Source of the DNA: Chloroflexota bacterium
GTDB taxonomy: Bacteria > Chloroflexota > Chloroflexia > QHBQ01 > JADMIH01
NCBI GenBank assembly: GCA_039932335.1
Contig: JBDTQH010000015.1
Span: 23,416-87,415, forward strand
DNA length: 64,000 bases
Direction of reading: 5' to 3'
The translations under genes and the position numbers were made by a program. This document shows positions 60,181 to 64,000 of the stretch, in pieces. Below the pieces are notes generated by a model. It ran no database searches. It was not told where the DNA came from and saw nothing but the letters and a program-made list of their open reading frames with translations. Within the stretch, counting starts at the first letter, position 1. Every line of letters starts with the position of its first letter.

Positions 60181-61221
60181 TCAACGGGGTACCCGTTGAT
60201 CGGTTGCATACGCTGGATCACCGTGTGACACTCCCGTTTGCAGCGTTACCCCGGTCATTCCTTCCCCGGTAGCGGTAGTTATATTGAGGCTGTACAGACC
60301 CCCGAGATCCGGTAATTTATCGTTGTAGCCCCCCCGAGACCGGAACTGGAGACCCTCTGCCGAGCTGATTGGGGTCCACCCGAAGGTGGGCAGTACAGAA
60401 TTGTAAAAATCTGCTACTTCATCAGGCGATGCCGTTGTTACATAAGTTGTGGTAATGATGGTGTGCGGCTTGCTGTCGCCATGCGGATCTACCGGCTGCG
60501 GCTGGTATATGCATTGTCGTTGCACGGTTGTTGTACCGGTATAAACGGGCATGCTCTCTATATCAGCATAGCGTCCATACTCCATATACACATAGGTGCG
60601 GCGGTGAGTTCGGTCGATCTCGGTGATTCCAAGGATCATATTCAGGTAGAAGTGAACCGGTGTAAGACCCTGCAGGTCGGTCCATGTGTAATAAACAGGG
60701 TATGTGTTGGCGGGATTAGACTTGAATGGACCGTCCGGTATCCCGTGCCAGACGGGGCTCCAGCCATTATCCGGCAGGGCCTCTCTGTAAAAGTCAACAA
60801 GCTGGTCAATGCTTACAGATGCGGGCGGGTAATAGGTGAAATATCGTCTCGTTGAGTTATTATATCGCTCATTTAGGTCGTTACTCTCTGTGTTCGGTTC
60901 ATCGGCCCCGGGGTAGATGGGTAGATATTCAAGGTCACGGCCTGGGTACATCGTTGACAGGGCTGACTCTTGCCGGGCAGGCATAATAGTGAGCGTTTGA
61001 GTGCCGACCTGCGTCTTCCACAGCCTGGCAGCGTCACATATGGATTGTTGGTTTGACGTTTGTATATTCAGTACCCGCTGCATAGGCGCAAACCCGACGA
61101 TGCCAATCAGAATGGCTGATACGGCCACAACGGAACTAATGAGTGCTATAGCCAAGCGTATGCGGGATGGCGTGCTCGCAACGTTCAACAAGAGTCTCCG
61201 AATTTTCGTGCCCTGTAACAC
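60181..61221 (-). CDS. Hypothetical membrane-anchored extracytoplasmic protein with an internal domain duplication (low GC)
   Basis: N-terminal TM; repeated ...DFYxxxLPxxGWxP... modules. Confidence 0.45.
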   Translation of the reverse strand: MLQGTKIRRLLLNVASTPSRIRLAIALISSVVAVSAILIGIVGFAPMQRVLNIQTSNQQSICDAARLWKTQVGTQTLTIMPARQESALSTMYPGRDLEYLPIYPGADEPNTESNDLNERYNNSTRRYFTYYPPASVSIDQLVDFYREALPDNGWSPVWHGIPDGPFKSNPANTYPVYYTWTDLQGLTPVHFYLNMILGITEIDRTHRRTYVYMEYGRYADIESMPVYTGTTTVQRQCIYQPQPVDPHGDSKPHTIITTTYVTTASPDEVADFYNSVLPTFGWTPISSAEGLQFRSRGGYNDKLPDLGGLYSLNITTATGEGMTGVTLQTGVSHGDPAYATDQRVPR

Positions 61222-61292
61222 TGCTTTTGTTTCTCCTTGCGACTAATCTGCCTGGTTACATGCTAATGGGCAGAGCAGTAGCGAACGACCAC

Positions 61293-61919
61293 TCAGCGTT
61301 TTGTAATTACCCGCAGTTGCTGCACTACTACCTCGGATGATAGATGGGCGGGCATATCACTCCACGACCCGTCGCTGGCCTGTCTGCCTGCGGCCACAAT
61401 CTGTGTAGGATATCCTGTATCAGCGTCGAACCATATGTCATAGTCGATCAGCGTACCCCTGACGTCGAATGGCCCCTCATCCAGTATCGTCTGAATACGC
61501 GCAAACAATCCATCAACCGTCAAGCGGTCCATCTCCTTGCCCGCTACAACCCTGGTCGTCGCATCCAAGAAATGCATTTCTGAGTTAGCCACGCCATAAT
61601 CATGAGCCAGAGCCACCACTGTGTTAGCATCTGAATCAACATGCAGCGTCCACGTGCCGCACATCATCCCATCGGAGCCAAGTCCACAGCCCCCGGCGGC
61701 ACTATATCTAACATCTATCTCGTACACTACAATGTGCTGTGCGGCCCACCGCGCCTGGGCCTGCTTGTAATCGCGTGGACTGATATTGATGGAGCCTGTG
61801 CTGACTGCGTGTGTATTCAGCAGTAGCAGTACCGCTACAACTGAAGCCATGGCCACAGCTAGGCCGACACTCCCTATCCACACCCATGCCCGGGCTTTAC
61901 CCAGTGTCGCTACTCCCAT
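61293..61919 (-). CDS. Hypothetical N-terminally anchored protein
   Basis: ORF with a single N-terminal TM; no domain recognised. Confidence 0.45.
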   Translation of the reverse strand: MGVATLGKARAWVWIGSVGLAVAMASVVAVLLLLNTHAVSTGSINISPRDYKQAQARWAAQHIVVYEIDVRYSAAGGCGLGSDGMMCGTWTLHVDSDANTVVALAHDYGVANSEMHFLDATTRVVAGKEMDRLTVDGLFARIQTILDEGPFDVRGTLIDYDIWFDADTGYPTQIVAAGRQASDGSWSDMPAHLSSEVVVQQLRVITKR

Positions 61920-62041
61920 ACAGCCATTCTACCCTGCTGCCTAGCGGGCATGCGATGGCACATTGGTCACACCAACATGGTTATTTAGTCGCGAACCGCC
62001 GTACAGACTTCAACCCCCTGGCGTCCTGGCGTTTCCGTTCC

Positions 62042-62070
62042 CACGTTTCACGTTTCACGCTTCACGCCTC
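62042..62070. repeat. Tandem heptamer (CGTTTCA)x2-3
   Basis: cacgtttcacgtttcacgcttcacgcctc, immediately downstream of the heparinase-like gene stop. Confidence 0.6.
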
Positions 62071-62078
62071 CCGCCCCG

Positions 62079-64000
62079 TCACGGCACGTCCACCACCAGC
62101 ACTCCCCCCTCATCCACCTGCGACTTCGAGCCGGCCGCGACCTTCACATGTACCTTGCCGCCCTCTTTCCGCACCTCCACGTCATAGCTTGAACCCTTCG
62201 CAAGTCCCGTAATAAGAACCCGCGAGCTATCGCCCGGTGCGGAGAACTCCAACCCGGCGAAGCTGCTTCCCATCACAACAGGGAACATCACTACCTGCTT
62301 CCCAACGGCCACGCCCGAGAACGCTGTACCGCTTGAGCTTTGAATAGCCTCCACGCTGCTCGCCGAAGCGCCCGCATCGGCACCCTGCAACACGGTCAGA
62401 AACCGCGTCTCTCTGGGGTTGCCCGCCGCCTCAATCTTCAGGTTGTACTTCATTGGCTCTTCGTCGGCTATTTCGCCGTTCTGCGGTGCCTCTATCTCTG
62501 CTGAAGAGAGCGTTGCCTGCTCAGGGGCAAGCGACGTCAGAAAAAGCTGCTGCCCTTTCTCGGTCGAAACCGTGGCTCGGTTACCCGATATACTGGGCGG
62601 TCCCGGCAACTGCAGCCAGAACCGCTTGAACATGTTCTCGGTTTTCGATGCCGCCCTGTCATACACCACAACGTAATCAGGCTCCAGCCACACTATCGAG
62701 CGGGTCGCTTGCGTGATGTCGTTCGCGCCTTCATAGCTCGAATTGTACAGCCCCGTTGCATCGCCCAGCGCGTAAACATACTTGTCGCCAAAGCTGTGGG
62801 CCACAATCTTGCCGTCCGCCGTGGGGTCAAGGATCCACTGCGATCCCTGCAGCCACTCGTCATGGCGGTAGTCGCTCGGGTCATTATGCTCAGGCGGATC
62901 GTTCTCCAATGCAAGCGTGTTGTGGTAGTTGGAAGTCGAGGTATCATAGCCCGTTGTTTCTTTGGTGAGCCATTCACCGTTCCGGTAAAAATGGAAGTTG
63001 TTGCCGTCGGCGTGCTGGTGGTCCACGGTATTCCACCCCAACGTATACCCGAACCATGTCGCGTCCGCACCCCACCCAGTTCTCGCGTAAATGTGTCCAA
63101 GCCCCGGCGCATAATAGGTCAGAGGCTGCCCCACATGCGGATCAGGCGGCAAAGGCTTCGGCTCCATCAGCATGAAGTAGAGTATAGAATCCCGGAAGTT
63201 CTCAGCACCCCCAACCCTTTCCAGCAGGCCTGCCTGCAAGCCCGGCGGCGTATTCGTTTCCACCCAGCGCATCGCATCGGCCTGGGCCTGGTCTCCCAGG
63301 AGCTTACTGAAGATGCCGAGCGGCCCGAACACCTCGATAAAGTCGGGCGCCCAGAAACGCTGCCCGTCGCCGTACCAACCAGGTTGGTACACCTGCCCCA
63401 GGTCCGGGTTCGCAACCGTAGCGGGACTCAGCGTGTGGAAATACACGGGCAAAATCTCTTTCCAGAATGGGTTGCCGCTCAACTGCACCTGCGGCCCCCA
63501 CAGCCCAGGGTCGTCCTGCCCCGCCGTGTGCAGCGCCAGCAACAATTGCGCAACATAGCCCACTGCCTGCGGAGTATACTCAAAGCCCTCAGGTGCCAAC
63601 CCGCCGCGCGCATCGGTCCTGTACAGTTCGTCCGCGATATATAACGATGCACCTGTAGCATTGCCCAGGTATCTGCCGAGTTCGCCCTCCGGGTCATCAG
63701 CCGGGTCCAGGGCCATCGCCATGAGGCCGAGATTACGCATATTGGCCGAAAAATAGTTGTTAGCCGCCCAGCGCACCTGCTGGATGTTGCTCGTCAGGAA
63801 CGGGTCGTTCACCATCCCCACAGGCTCAGGATGATGGTATCCCCTCTCTACGATCTCTTTGGACCACCGCAAGAACACCTTGCGAATAGTGGCCTTGTCC
63901 TCTGCGGTCAGGCTGGGATAAATCCAATCAACCGTCAGCGCCCAGCCTTCACCGTGCCACCGTGCCCGGTCAGAATCGCCCGCGTAGAACTCCGGATCGC
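62079..64000 (-). CDS. Heparinase II/III-like polysaccharide lyase family protein (N-terminus beyond window)
   Basis: DHQHADGNNFHFYRNGEWL motif typical of Hepar_II_III; reading frame is open to the window edge (annotated GTG at 63878 is internal). Confidence 0.7.
   Translation of the reverse strand, partial: DPEFYAGDSDRARWHGEGWALTVDWIYPSLTAEDKATIRKVFLRWSKEIVERGYHHPEPVGMVNDPFLTSNIQQVRWAANNYFSANMRNLGLMAMALDPADDPEGELGRYLGNATGASLYIADELYRTDARGGLAPEGFEYTPQAVGYVAQLLLALHTAGQDDPGLWGPQVQLSGNPFWKEILPVYFHTLSPATVANPDLGQVYQPGWYGDGQRFWAPDFIEVFGPLGIFSKLLGDQAQADAMRWVETNTPPGLQAGLLERVGGAENFRDSILYFMLMEPKPLPPDPHVGQPLTYYAPGLGHIYARTGWGADATWFGYTLGWNTVDHQHADGNNFHFYRNGEWLTKETTGYDTSTSNYHNTLALENDPPEHNDPSDYRHDEWLQGSQWILDPTADGKIVAHSFGDKYVYALGDATGLYNSSYEGANDITQATRSIVWLEPDYVVVYDRAASKTENMFKRFWLQLPGPPSISGNRATVSTEKGQQLFLTSLAPEQATLSSAEIEAPQNGEIADEEPMKYNLKIEAAGNPRETRFLTVLQGADAGASASSVEAIQSSSGTAFSGVAVGKQVVMFPVVMGSSFAGLEFSAPGDSSRVLITGLAKGSSYDVEVRKEGGKVHVKVAAGSKSQVDEGGVLVVDVP

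Noticed and set aside
1-64000. tRNA, rRNA or tmRNA genes
   Set aside because: A scan of the intergenic regions for T-loop (GGTTCGAATCC-like) and acceptor patterns found nothing convincing. The hit at 51150 (GATTCGAATCA) lies inside a coding region and lacks the cloverleaf arms.

Overview
This is a 64 kb high-GC chromosomal segment (about 60 % GC). It looks like a free-living soil bacterium with Gram-positive-like or Chloroflexota-like traits: an actinobacterial-type xylose isomerase, a T-box leader, LGFP-like wall-binding repeats, MacB-type ABC exporters without an adaptor protein, and LacI/TetR regulators. This taxonomic guess is low confidence. Gene content in order:
- a partial geranylgeranyl-reductase-like flavoprotein gene
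- a TetR-controlled MacB-like ABC efflux pair
- an orphan sugar-binding protein fused to two LGFP-like repeats
- a GIN-domain lipoprotein and an ornithine cyclodeaminase
- a glycan-assembly block (two GT4 glycosyltransferases and an O-antigen-ligase-like protein)
- a DUF218 protein and an NlpC/P60 peptidase
- a LacI-regulated xyloside/xylose regulon (binding protein, two permeases, GH3, xylA, SDR) with four palindromic LacI-type operators
- a GT2 (GtrB-like) gene, an odd degenerate-MPN membrane protein, and a GT-C-like polytopic protein
- a T-box leader in front of an unknown gene plus argC-argD-argB, with no argJ/argA in the window
- a secreted GH5-like hydrolase carrying two C-terminal LGFP-like repeats
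- a form-II CoxL-type molybdo-dehydrogenase cluster (S-L-M-D ... E), split between coxD and coxE by a low-GC insert that carries an IS5-family transposase remnant
- a second low-GC insert flanked by perfect 35-bp direct repeats
- a TMEM175-like channel, an ABC exporter, a YeiH-like transporter, two low-GC anchored hypothetical proteins, and a partial heparinase II/III-like gene
The most unusual property is the pervasive short tandem heptanucleotide repeats (AAATGAG, GTAAAAC, CAGTACG, TGACCCC, GGTACTC, GGGATCA, CGTTTCA, CCGTAAA and others). They are often arranged as inverted arrays in intergenic spacers and recall cyanobacterial STRR elements. Several other dispersed hairpin and repeat families also occur. 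No CRISPR array, rRNA or tRNA gene was recognised. Coordinates that I read off the printed sequence (starts, repeats, operators) may be off by 1-2 nt.
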